Source: Pseudomonadota bacterium (GTDB lineage: Bacteria > Desulfobacterota > Desulfobacteria > Desulfobacterales > RPRI01). From it: a stretch of 39,420 nucleotides of DNA. This document shows positions 8,147 through 16,478 of the stretch, piece by piece. The stretch is taken from positions 1-39,420 of the forward strand of contig JBDRRF010000089.1 in NCBI GenBank assembly GCA_043825875.1. Direction: 5' to 3'. Both the position numbers and the translations under genes were made by a program. The notes under the pieces were generated by a model. That model searched no databases. It saw nothing but the letters and a program-made list of their open reading frames with translations, and had not been told where the DNA came from. Numbering within the stretch: the stretch's first letter is position 1; every line of letters begins with the position of its first letter.

Positions 8147-9859
8147 ATGGAAAAGTATGATTTTGTAATCGTTGGTGGAGGGCACAATGGGTTATCAACT
8201 GCTGCCTACCTGGCTAAGTCAGGATATACGGTAGCAGTGGCCGAGGCGCGGGTTGAGGCCGGCGGATGTATGGACTTTTCCGAAGTCAGGGCAGGTTGCA
8301 TCATTCAGCCACATGCTCTTATAAGTTATGCGAACGCATCTCCAGGCATGGATCATCTGGATCTTTGGAGGTTTGGGCTTCGTTTTGCGCCAGTTAAAGG
8401 GCCGTTTATGCTGGTTAACTCGGATGACAGGCCTGTTCTGGGCCTTCATCCCCAAGACCCCGAAATGACCCGCAGGGCCTTTGAGGTTTTAAAAACGTGG
8501 TCGGTAAAGGATGCTCAGATATGGGAGAAGTTTGCATATGATTTAATCCCCCATATGAAGGATATATTGCGATCAATATACTGGGTTCCCCCATGGCCGC
8601 AGGATCTTGAGTATGAGCCTGAGGATCTCCCATGGTACCAAGTACTCAAAAAGGCCATGCCGCAACTGTTTAGTCCCGATTGGCTCGAGTTGAGCCTGGT
8701 TGAACTTATGGACGAACTTATGGAATGCGGACCCATGAAAGCCGCAATGATGTTTCAAGTCTACTATCAGGGAGTAGCACCGCATTGGCGGAAGCTGGCG
8801 ATCCCCGCCTTTGGAACCTATCTCTTGATGAATTATTCTGATGGAATGTTTGTAGGCGGTATGCATATGTATGCTCATGCAATCATCCGTTGCGCCATGC
8901 ACCACGGCGCCAAAATCCTCACCAACTCGCCTGTGGAAGAGATTATAGTGAAAGATAACAAAGCAGTGGGTATTCGTCTTTCAGATAGCGCTCAATACAA
9001 AGAGAAGCTCATCATGGCTAACAAGGCCGTGATAAGTTCTGTGGATACTCAGCAGACTTTCTTAAGGCTGGTCGGTTCCGATCATATAGACAAGTCATTG
9101 AAACAAAGGGTAGCGGACCTGGATATGAGATCCGGTTCCTGCGTCTACACGCATATTATTGCTAAAGATTACCCCAGATGCAAGGGGGAAGCGGGCAAAT
9201 TGATGGCCGAGTTTGACTTGCCGCCTGCTGCATATATTTACCCCATGGATGATACCAAAGGTTATATGGATTATATTCGGGATGTGGAGGGGTTTAGAAA
9301 CAGTGGAAAATTCGGTCCCCATCTGGCCGGGGGCGGCTATGCCAATGTAACGGCCTTAGATCCCACAATAGCTCCAAAGGGCTATACTGTCCTGGGTGGC
9401 TTTCAGACCAATGTTCCGCCTCCTGAATATCATTGTGACGGACCTGATGCCATTTCCTTTGAGAAAAAGGAGGAGTTTAACAATATGATCAAGGAAATGG
9501 TATGTCAGATGGCGCCGAACATGAGAGAAGACATAGTGTATTTCAATAGTAATACTCCACTTGAAGATGAGTTTCGCAATGCCGGACTTGGTGGTGGTGC
9601 ATGGTGCGGGCCTGCCGAGACCGCAGACCAGTGGTGGAGCAACCGGCCACTGCCGGAACTATCGAGATACCGTGCGCCGATAGAGAACCTTTACCTTGCT
9701 CATCAGTCACAATATCCCGGTGGCCTTTGCCTGATGGCGGTTGCATACAACCTGATGCATATCCTGATAGATGATGGGGTGGTGGAGCCTAAAGCCTGGT
9801 GGTATCCCTCACCGTGGCACGTTAAGGACGGAGACAAGACAATACCCCGAATCGGCTGA
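8147..9859 (+). CDS. FAD-dependent oxidoreductase, phytoene dehydrogenase-like (COG1233; CrtO/CtmA-like)
   Basis: VIVGGGHNGL..AAYLAKSG..V.V.E....GG Rossmann motif; C-terminal RPLPELSRYRAPIENLYL...YPGG; RBS AAGGAGG. Confidence 0.9.
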   Translation: MEKYDFVIVGGGHNGLSTAAYLAKSGYTVAVAEARVEAGGCMDFSEVRAGCIIQPHALISYANASPGMDHLDLWRFGLRFAPVKGPFMLVNSDDRPVLGLHPQDPEMTRRAFEVLKTWSVKDAQIWEKFAYDLIPHMKDILRSIYWVPPWPQDLEYEPEDLPWYQVLKKAMPQLFSPDWLELSLVELMDELMECGPMKAAMMFQVYYQGVAPHWRKLAIPAFGTYLLMNYSDGMFVGGMHMYAHAIIRCAMHHGAKILTNSPVEEIIVKDNKAVGIRLSDSAQYKEKLIMANKAVISSVDTQQTFLRLVGSDHIDKSLKQRVADLDMRSGSCVYTHIIAKDYPRCKGEAGKLMAEFDLPPAAYIYPMDDTKGYMDYIRDVEGFRNSGKFGPHLAGGGYANVTALDPTIAPKGYTVLGGFQTNVPPPEYHCDGPDAISFEKKEEFNNMIKEMVCQMAPNMREDIVYFNSNTPLEDEFRNAGLGGGAWCGPAETADQWWSNRPLPELSRYRAPIENLYLAHQSQYPGGLCLMAVAYNLMHILIDDGVVEPKAWWYPSPWHVKDGDKTIPRIG

Positions 9860-9890
9860 TACTATAAAGATAAATTAAAGGAGGTACAAT

Positions 9891-11630
9891 ATGTCAAGCG
9901 CTACGAATAATGCAATTGATAAACTGGTTCCCTATAAACGCGATGCTGTGGGGGCGATCCCCGAGTTTCCGATGGAATCTGAATTCGATGTGGTGATTAT
10001 TGGCGGGGGCCCCAATGGGCTTATTGCCGGTGCGTATCTGGCTCGTGCGGGCTTAAGTGTGATTGTGCTTGAAAAGCGCACGGAAGTCGGCGGCGGGCTG
10101 GCTACAGAAGAAGTTCTTTTCCCGTGCTATTATACCCACACCCATGCCATTTATCATATGATGACGGATTATATGCCCCTTTTGCAGGATTTTGATCTTT
10201 CAAAACATGGGGTGAGTTTTTATACTCCCAATTACCAGACCGGGATGGTCTACGAAGACGGATCATCCTTTGTCCTGTGCAGAAGCATTGACGATACCGC
10301 CGATTCCCTGCGCCGGCTGTCCCATAAAGATGCCGAAACTTTTTTGAAGTTAATGCGGACATGGGAGCCGATGTTCGATGAGATTCTGGGGCCTGCAACC
10401 TACTATCCGCCCATGCCCGCACTGGAACAGGTTGTCAGTATGCAGAGGACTGGGATAGGTAAAGCTTTGATTGATCTTACGGAAAAAACACCTCTTGAGG
10501 TGATTACAGAGTTATTTGAGAATAAAAAGATACAGGCCGCCATGCTCTATTGTGTCTGCATGTTTGGACTCGACCCCAATGGCGCAGGAATGGGATTCTT
10601 AATCCCCCTGTTGCTGCAAAGGGCGGGGTGGAACAAAGCCTATTGCAACGGCGGTTCACACCGATTAGCTGCTGCCCTGGCGAGGGAGATTATGGCAGCG
10701 GGGGGTATGATCATGAGTCCTGCGCCGGTTACCAAAATACTTGTCGCAAATGGTCGTGCAACGGGCGTGGAAATGTATGACGGCCGTCAGATAAAGGCGA
10801 AAGCTGTTCTCTCCAGCCTTGATCCGCAACAGACTTTCCAGGAGATGGTGGGACCGGAGCATCTGGATGGCTACCTGAATCAGACATCCAAAGCCTGGCA
10901 GTATGAAAAAAAGAGTTTTTTTACTACACATGCAGTGCTGTATGAGCCGCCCAAGTACAAGGCTGATGACGCCTGGGTAGATAAAGCTTTTATGACGGTA
11001 ATGGGATTTGAGAATGTGGACGAACTCTTGCAATACTGGAAGGGTGTTAAAGACGGGGATATTTCAGATCAACTGGCCGGGCACTCTACCTGTGAGACTT
11101 TAATTGATCCGCATCTGGCCAGAGTTCCTCCCGTTTCTATAACACCGGTAATGCTGGATACCTCCAAGCTCAAGCCGAGAGCACAGCATATAGCATTCTT
11201 CCAGATGCATGCTCCTTACGATCTTAAGGGCGGGTGGGAGAAGAGAACTGATGAAATTACCGAAAAGGTTCTTGAGAGATGGCGCAGGTATGCTCCGAAC
11301 ATGACAAAAGAGAATATGTACATGGTGCACAGCGAGACACCTGTGGATATCGAAACGCGCCTTGCAAGCATGCGCCGGGGCTCGTTCAAGCATGGAGATT
11401 ATATTCCGTTTCAGATGGGCATGTTCCGGCCCAATGAACAGTGTTCGTCCGGCCGGACACCGATTGAGGGTCTTTACACCTGCGGTGCTTCGAACTATCC
11501 CGGCGGTCTGGTACTGGGAGGGCCGGGGTATCTTGCAGCCAATGCTGTAGCTGAAAATTTAGAAATCAAAAAATGGTGGAAACCGACCAAGAATATGCGC
11601 CGGTATGAAAGGGTGTATCTGAGCAAATAA
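9891..11630 (+). CDS. FAD-dependent oxidoreductase, phytoene dehydrogenase-like (COG1233; CrtO/CtmB-like)
   Basis: VVIIGGGPNGLIAGAYLARAG..V.VLEKR.EVGGG; GGSHRLA; RTPIEGLYTCGASNYPGG...GGPGY.AA. Confidence 0.9.
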   Translation: MSSATNNAIDKLVPYKRDAVGAIPEFPMESEFDVVIIGGGPNGLIAGAYLARAGLSVIVLEKRTEVGGGLATEEVLFPCYYTHTHAIYHMMTDYMPLLQDFDLSKHGVSFYTPNYQTGMVYEDGSSFVLCRSIDDTADSLRRLSHKDAETFLKLMRTWEPMFDEILGPATYYPPMPALEQVVSMQRTGIGKALIDLTEKTPLEVITELFENKKIQAAMLYCVCMFGLDPNGAGMGFLIPLLLQRAGWNKAYCNGGSHRLAAALAREIMAAGGMIMSPAPVTKILVANGRATGVEMYDGRQIKAKAVLSSLDPQQTFQEMVGPEHLDGYLNQTSKAWQYEKKSFFTTHAVLYEPPKYKADDAWVDKAFMTVMGFENVDELLQYWKGVKDGDISDQLAGHSTCETLIDPHLARVPPVSITPVMLDTSKLKPRAQHIAFFQMHAPYDLKGGWEKRTDEITEKVLERWRRYAPNMTKENMYMVHSETPVDIETRLASMRRGSFKHGDYIPFQMGMFRPNEQCSSGRTPIEGLYTCGASNYPGGLVLGGPGYLAANAVAENLEIKKWWKPTKNMRRYERVYLSK

Positions 11631-11641
11631 AGAAAGGTTCC

Positions 11642-11692
11642 GGTGGGGTGTAAAACCCCGCCCTACCGTAGGGCGGCATTTTATATGCCGCC
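11642..11692. repeat. back-to-back pair of GTAG-type REP palindromes
   Basis: GGTGGGGTGTAAAACCCCGCCCTAC (reverse complement GTAGGGCGGGG...) adjacent to GTAGGGCGGCATTTTATATGCCGCC; may also act as a terminator or RNA stabiliser. Confidence 0.6.
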
Positions 11693-11747
11693 AAGAAACT
11701 TCTCTAATCAGGGGGAAGGTAGTCGTCAACTATGAAATGTACCAACC

Positions 11748-11821
11748 TGTCATTTCGACCAACGGGAGAAATCTTTATAAATCTTTTAAAAGCAAGATCT
11801 CTCCTTTCAGTCGAGATGACA
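11748..11821. repeat. TGTCATT-type palindromic intergenic repeat
   Basis: TGTCATTTCGAC...GGAGAAATCT / AGATCTCTCC...GTCGAGATGACA inverted arms. Confidence 0.65.
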
Positions 11822-11870
11822 AATGATGCATGACACGACAGTATGATTAACGCAAAAAGAGATTCAGGCT

Positions 11871-12076
11871 ATGGAGAGAAATCCAAAAATATATTGTCCC
11901 GATGAAAAATACAAGGGCCTTCGGCCGCAGCCGGGGATTATGCAACGGATATGTCCATCGTCAAGGATATCTCCGAAAGTCCTACCTTCATTGTCGAATG
12001 TCGCTGTTGCAATCAGGTCGGCTATGGACAAATCCAGTTCGGGGTCTATGGCAAGCAACCCAAATATGCACCGTAA
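11871..12076 (+). pseudogene. chimeric deletion remnant: N-terminus of a paralog of 13204..14196 joined out of frame to the C-terminus of a DUF7064-like gene
   Basis: First 25 codons MERNPKIYCPDEKYKGLRPQPGIMQ match MERDPKLYWPDEKYQGLRPQPGVMQ; another frame (11942-12076) reads ATDMSIVKDISESPTFIVECRCCNQVGYGQIQFGVYGKQPKYAP*. Confidence 0.7.
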
Positions 12077-12088
12077 CTACGGGAGACT

Positions 12089-13153
12089 GTGATGGCTGTA
12101 GTGAATTTAGATACTGCCCAGAGCAGGCTTAAGGATTGGTTCGCGAGCAAGCTGCCGCAGGCAAGCGATGTGGTGATTTCATCATTAAGGAGGCCCGACT
12201 CCGGTGCCTCCAACGAAACATTTCTTGTCGAGCTGCAGTGGCGTTGTGGCAGCGACACCCGCGTGGAAAAACTAGTGGTGCGCTGGCCGCCTGGGGGGTA
12301 CAAGTTGTTTCCTGACTATGCCTACGACATGACGCAGCAATACACACTGCTGTATCGTCTTGGCGATACCAGCGTACCGGTCCCCCCGGCGCGTTGGCTG
12401 GAGGAGGACGCTGCGGTGATCGGCGCCCCCTTTTATATTGTTGACCAGGTCGATGGGTGGGTTCCGGGCGACTTTCCGCCCTACCAAATCGCCGGCCCGC
12501 TGTTCGAGGCGAAGGCCGCAGAGAAGGCCAAGACCTGGTGGAGCGCCGTCGATACCATGGCTGCCATCCATACCCTGGACTGGCGAAAGGCTGGCCTGGA
12601 TTTCCTCGGCGTGCCTGGCGCCGGCAAGAACTACATAGAGCGGCAGGTTGCCTATTACGAAGAGGTGTTCCAGCAAAACAGGGAGCCCATGCCGGGCATC
12701 CTGAAAACCAGCCGGGACTGGCTCTTAAAAAACAGCTTCGAACCCAGGCACCTTTGCTTATGTTGGGGCGATGCCCGGTTGGGCAACATGATCATTCGCG
12801 ACCATCAGGTCTCGGCGGTACTGGATTGGGAAATGGCGTGTATAGGCGACCCGGAATCCGATCTCGGTTGGTTTGTCCACATCGATTGGGCCACCAGCGT
12901 CGGTCGACCGGCCTCGCCTTTCCCGCGCATGACGGGTCTTCCAAGCATGCAGGAGACTATCGCACACTACGAACAGGCGACAAAACGGAAGGTGGAAAAC
13001 CTGCATTACTACGAGGTGTTTGCTACTTGGCGCCTGGCCATTCTTTTCACCCGCATGGAGAACAACGAAAGTTATATGGAGCGCTCCAAGAACAAGAAGG
13101 GCTTCATCATCTGGCCCCATTTTGAAAAGCTGCGGAACCTTTTGGGTCTGTAG
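12089..13153 (+). CDS. phosphotransferase family protein (APH/ACAD10-11/LvaA-like kinase)
   Basis: GASNET, LVVRWPP, VPVP..RWLEED..VIGAPFY, LCWGDARLGNMI, VLDWEMA..GDPESDLGW; visibly GC-richer than its neighbours. Confidence 0.9.
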   Translation: MMAVVNLDTAQSRLKDWFASKLPQASDVVISSLRRPDSGASNETFLVELQWRCGSDTRVEKLVVRWPPGGYKLFPDYAYDMTQQYTLLYRLGDTSVPVPPARWLEEDAAVIGAPFYIVDQVDGWVPGDFPPYQIAGPLFEAKAAEKAKTWWSAVDTMAAIHTLDWRKAGLDFLGVPGAGKNYIERQVAYYEEVFQQNREPMPGILKTSRDWLLKNSFEPRHLCLCWGDARLGNMIIRDHQVSAVLDWEMACIGDPESDLGWFVHIDWATSVGRPASPFPRMTGLPSMQETIAHYEQATKRKVENLHYYEVFATWRLAILFTRMENNESYMERSKNKKGFIIWPHFEKLRNLLGL

Positions 13154-13203
13154 CTGCTTATTAACCATTAACAGAACAAAAAGAAATAAGGGAGGAAGAT
13201 ACT

Positions 13204-14196
13204 ATGGAGAGAGATCCAAAATTATATTGGCCTGATGAAAAATACCAGGGTCTTCGACCTCAGCCGGGGGTAATGCAGTTGTGGTTTCATGATGGTATTT
13301 TCACTAACGGATATTCTATGCAACTTATGTTTCATACTGCTCCTGCCAAGTCCAGTATTTGGCTTGACGTCTGTGGACCGGATGGAAAAAATACCAATGT
13401 AGTAACTTTTTTTGATACGGATACTATTTCCGCAAAAACGGAATACTGTGATGTCAGGATGGGCGATAATTATGTGTTTGGTAAATTCCCTAAATACGAG
13501 ATGCATTTTCGTCATGAAAACATGGGCGCGGATTTTGTCTACGAATGCCTGACGCAACCGATTTTTGAACCCCCCGACGGGGTTTATCAGGGAAGAGAGC
13601 AAGGCCCGCCTACACCATTATATTTTGGATATGCCGTTCGCCCCCGATGCCGGGTTACCGGCAAGCTGATCATAGATGGTAAAGAAATCCCGGTAGAGGG
13701 AGAGGGCTATGGAGATCATGAATGGAAATACGCTCCTCCAGGTCACTTCCAGCACCATTGCTGGACATGGGGAAAGGTATATCTTCCCGAACATACGCTG
13801 GTTTGGTGGGATGCGGTACTTAACCCTACCTTTGGTTTTCAAAGATGTAAGTGGCTTTGGTCTTTAAGCGGGGATAAGCTGTTCGAATATTCAAATCATG
13901 CCGCCATGTATGTGGAATTAGTCGACCTTGAATTAACGGAGTCTGGCGCCAGCCTGCCTAAAAAGATTATTCTTACTATTGATGAACCAAGGATTAAGGG
14001 AACGGCAACCTATAACATTAAGCACATAGCAAAAAACGTACCTATTGACGCTTTTGGCAGTTTTAAAATTGATCCTGAAACATGGATAGGCCTAAGGCAT
14101 TATGCCCGGTTTGTATCCGAATGTCATTCCGATTTTGAAATAGATGGTAAAAGGATTGTAGCAGACTCATTGGAATCCCATGAAGTGGGAAAATGA
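13204..14196 (+). CDS. CrtC/AttH-like (hydroxyneurosporene synthase / lipocalin-like) beta-barrel protein
   Basis: LWFHDGIFTNGYS, CDVRMGDN, PRCRVTGKL.IDGK...VEGEGYGDHEW...WTWG; RBS GGAGG. Confidence 0.7.
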   Translation: MERDPKLYWPDEKYQGLRPQPGVMQLWFHDGIFTNGYSMQLMFHTAPAKSSIWLDVCGPDGKNTNVVTFFDTDTISAKTEYCDVRMGDNYVFGKFPKYEMHFRHENMGADFVYECLTQPIFEPPDGVYQGREQGPPTPLYFGYAVRPRCRVTGKLIIDGKEIPVEGEGYGDHEWKYAPPGHFQHHCWTWGKVYLPEHTLVWWDAVLNPTFGFQRCKWLWSLSGDKLFEYSNHAAMYVELVDLELTESGASLPKKIILTIDEPRIKGTATYNIKHIAKNVPIDAFGSFKIDPETWIGLRHYARFVSECHSDFEIDGKRIVADSLESHEVGK

Positions 14197-14221
14197 TAAA
14201 TTTACATAAAATGGGGGAACC

Positions 14222-14503
14222 ATGGCTGAAGAAAAAGAAATTAGTGCAAGCATGCTGATGAAATCGACTGGTCTGGGAGAGACTATGCTTTATGCCGAAC
14301 CGGTAAGCTGTAATATAGTAGGAGATATTCTAGTTCTTCATGTCAAAACGGTTTCACCGGTGCAGTGGCATATAAGAACCGGGATTACATATAGGGGGAT
14401 ACTAAAGCTATTGTGGTGTATCTTTAAAAATTTCTCCGTAGTCAAATTCCTGTTTTCCGGTTTTATAAGACTTAAAAATCCCAGATTGCCCGAGGAATTT
14501 TAA
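14222..14503 (+). CDS. small conserved hypothetical protein
   Basis: 93 aa, RBS GGGGAA; STGLG.T.L and PVQWH.R motifs; amphipathic C-terminus. Confidence 0.65.
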   Translation: MAEEKEISASMLMKSTGLGETMLYAEPVSCNIVGDILVLHVKTVSPVQWHIRTGITYRGILKLLWCIFKNFSVVKFLFSGFIRLKNPRLPEEF

Positions 14504-14526
14504 AGAGTTTAAAGGCTGAAGTGAGA

Positions 14527-14663
14527 AGAATATGGTACGCTGTTAGGTTTTTAAGTTCATATAGCGCCTCTTGCCAACTTAACTTTCTAATTTGAAGGCT
14601 AAACCTTAAATCCTAGCAGCGTCCCATTTCTAAACCCCCTAGCAGCGTCCCATTTCTAAACCC
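14527..14663. repeat. imperfect inverted repeat with a 26-bp tandem duplication of its right arm
   Basis: AGAATATGGTACGCTGTTAGGTTTTTAAGTT pairs with AACCTTAAATCCTAGCAGCGTCCCATTTCT; CCTAGCAGCGTCCCATTTCTAAACCC occurs at 14612-14637 and 14638-14663. Confidence 0.7.
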
Positions 14664-14691
14664 CTATCATTTCCTGTTAGCTATCATTCCC

Positions 14692-14720
14692 TTGACATAA
14701 TATCGTTTTCTATTTAAAAT
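14692..14720 (+). promoter_or_regulatory. sigma70 promoter
   Basis: TTGACA-N17-TAAAAT. Confidence 0.6.
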
Positions 14721-14836
14721 TATTTCCACTAAAAGCAATGTCTTATCAAATCAAATCGGGCGTTTTGTCGTCAATCGACTGATGCGGCTCGTCGGGTAGG
14801 GTGATGGAAACCCTTAAAACATAACGAGAGGTGAAT

Positions 14837-15820
14837 ATGGACATCAATTTTAAAGCCAAACATGAAGTACCGATGTGGAACGAAACCCGCTGGGGTGGAT
14901 GCTACAATCCTGAGCAAGGTGTTGGACTCTATTTGCATGCCGGTCGACTGCGCGGTAATCTGGATTGGTGGTGGGCCCAAACAATTATCTACATGCCTGA
15001 TGATCGTGTTGCAGTAGAGCGTTCCTGGGTGCGTAACTCTGTCGAAGACGGCGTTAAAACCTCCAGCCTTGATCTTCGAGTAAGGAACAAAGGATGGACT
15101 GCTCATTATGACGGCATCGTCGAATTGACAACAACTGTGGCTCTATCTAAAGCACCGCGTGGCTGTATCGCACCTTCTATTCCGGCGAGTTTCAACATTA
15201 CCGCCGACGAGAGTCGACCTTGGTGGGATATGTACGTGGGTATGCCTGCTTTCAAGGAAGGGGAGTCCGGTACGCATCTTGAGCAGCCGGGACAAGGCAA
15301 GGGCACATTACAGGTTGGAAAAGAAAGTTATCTTCTGGATGGCGTCACATACTATGACCACTCCTCAGGCATACGCGACTGGACCAAATCCCACTCGCAT
15401 AACTTTGCTCATATTGTGATGCCGGACTATACGATTCATGCGGTCACAGTCTATGCAACGCCGACCAAGGCCCATGCTCACTTTGGTGTGTTCTCACCCA
15501 TAGAAGGCAAACCGCTCAATATTATTCAGTCGACTATGCCTAAATTAACCGATGTTTTTAGTATGCATGATCAGTATGATTGGATACTTCAAACCGAGGG
15601 TGAAAAACCGCAAACCTTCCGTGTCGAGGTCATGCACACCTTCCCTATGACTATTACTAACGAAAACGACAATATCAATGGGTTTTATTGGGATGCTCCA
15701 GGCGACCCAATGTTCTTTACTGAATGCCAGGTCAAAGTCACTGCGCCTGACGGAGCTGTCGGTTATGGGCACATTGAGCGTACCAACCGAAGGAGCTGTG
15801 TGCTTCACCGTGATAGCTAA
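14837..15820 (+). CDS. DUF7064/DUF7065-like (AttH/tocopherol-cyclase-like) protein
   Basis: WNETRW..., GLYLHAGR, HLEQPG...GTL.VG.E...LDG..YYDHSSGIRDW, DGAVGYGHIER; ATG 14837 after GAGGTG (GTG 14831 alternative). Confidence 0.65.
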   Translation: MDINFKAKHEVPMWNETRWGGCYNPEQGVGLYLHAGRLRGNLDWWWAQTIIYMPDDRVAVERSWVRNSVEDGVKTSSLDLRVRNKGWTAHYDGIVELTTTVALSKAPRGCIAPSIPASFNITADESRPWWDMYVGMPAFKEGESGTHLEQPGQGKGTLQVGKESYLLDGVTYYDHSSGIRDWTKSHSHNFAHIVMPDYTIHAVTVYATPTKAHAHFGVFSPIEGKPLNIIQSTMPKLTDVFSMHDQYDWILQTEGEKPQTFRVEVMHTFPMTITNENDNINGFYWDAPGDPMFFTECQVKVTAPDGAVGYGHIERTNRRSCVLHRDS

Positions 15821-15946
15821 GTATTAGAGAAAATTAGTCACTACAATTACTGCTTTGCTTCCTGAAAGCAGGAACACGACAGATGTCTTAGATCTACAAG
15901 GTTTCATTCTATAATCAACACAAATGCGGATCATTTCACCAATAAT

Positions 15947-15975
15947 TTGACAAAAGCTCTAATTTTCTTTATAAA
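15947..15975 (+). promoter_or_regulatory. sigma70 promoter in front of the cassette array (Pc-like)
   Basis: TTGACA-N17-TATAAA about 65 bp upstream of the first cassette boundary. Confidence 0.6.
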
Positions 15976-16064
15976 TTAACATCTTTTCATAAAGAATTTT
16001 TTCCCAACATCAAGTAAAGACAGATTACGTATATTAATTGTTATATTTCTCGGTACGAAAGAAT

Positions 16065-16406
16065 ATGAAAAAAATACATCTAAAAGCTGTAATTATTGGA
16101 ACTGTAGCGGATTTGTTGGCCACATTTCTATTTGGAATTATACTCTTTTTTTTATTTGGCCAAGGTGGTGATAAAGCCCTACCGTATGCTTTATTGACTG
16201 GATTGGCGTGTATAGTCCTTGGAGGATATGTGGCAGCATCAATAGCGCCAAATTATAAAATTTTCAATGCAACTATGATCGGCGTTGTTGGCATTTTAAT
16301 TGGAATACCATTTATAGGCTCATATCCTATTTGGTACTCAGCTTTATCAATAATATTAATGCCACCAGCTGCTTATTTGGGTGGAATAATCAAATTGAAA
16401 ATATAA
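16065..16406 (+). CDS. cassette 1: small 4-TM membrane protein
   Basis: Hydrophobic 113-aa ORF; ATG 16065 is downstream of the GTTATAT boundary; stop overlaps the attC R'' box. Confidence 0.75.
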   Translation: MKKIHLKAVIIGTVADLLATFLFGIILFFLFGQGGDKALPYALLTGLACIVLGGYVAASIAPNYKIFNATMIGVVGILIGIPFIGSYPIWYSALSIILMPPAAYLGGIIKLKI

Positions 16407-16462
16407 CCATTCACTGGTGCGGACGGCGAGTAGCATGCCGCCGCACAGCTCTATAGTTATAC
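16401..16462 (+). mobile_element. attC site 1
   Basis: ATATAAC...CTG(G)TGCGG(A)CGGC-loop-GCCGCCGCACAG...GTTATAC with typical extrahelical bases. Confidence 0.85.
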
Positions 16463-16478
16463 AAAAGGACAAATTCTT

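Noticed and set aside
12457..13125. 222-aa overlapping ORF
   Set aside because: Alternate-frame shadow in a GC-rich gene; Arg/Gly-rich with no motifs
12089..13153. Aminoglycoside resistance gene
   Set aside because: Length, WGD motif and context fit the ACAD10/LvaA-like metabolic kinases
14612..14663. CRISPR array
   Set aside because: Two abutting copies with no spacer and no cas genes
8147..15820. Carotenoid biosynthesis cluster (crtI/crtO/crtC)
   Set aside because: No phytoene synthase, GGPP synthase or cyclase in the window, and only family-level similarity, so no crt symbols were assigned
15824..15934. Remnant of a divergent intI on the minus strand (MIRICVDY...)
   Set aside because: Position is suggestive, but there are no tyrosine recombinase motifs and the ORF is too short to support
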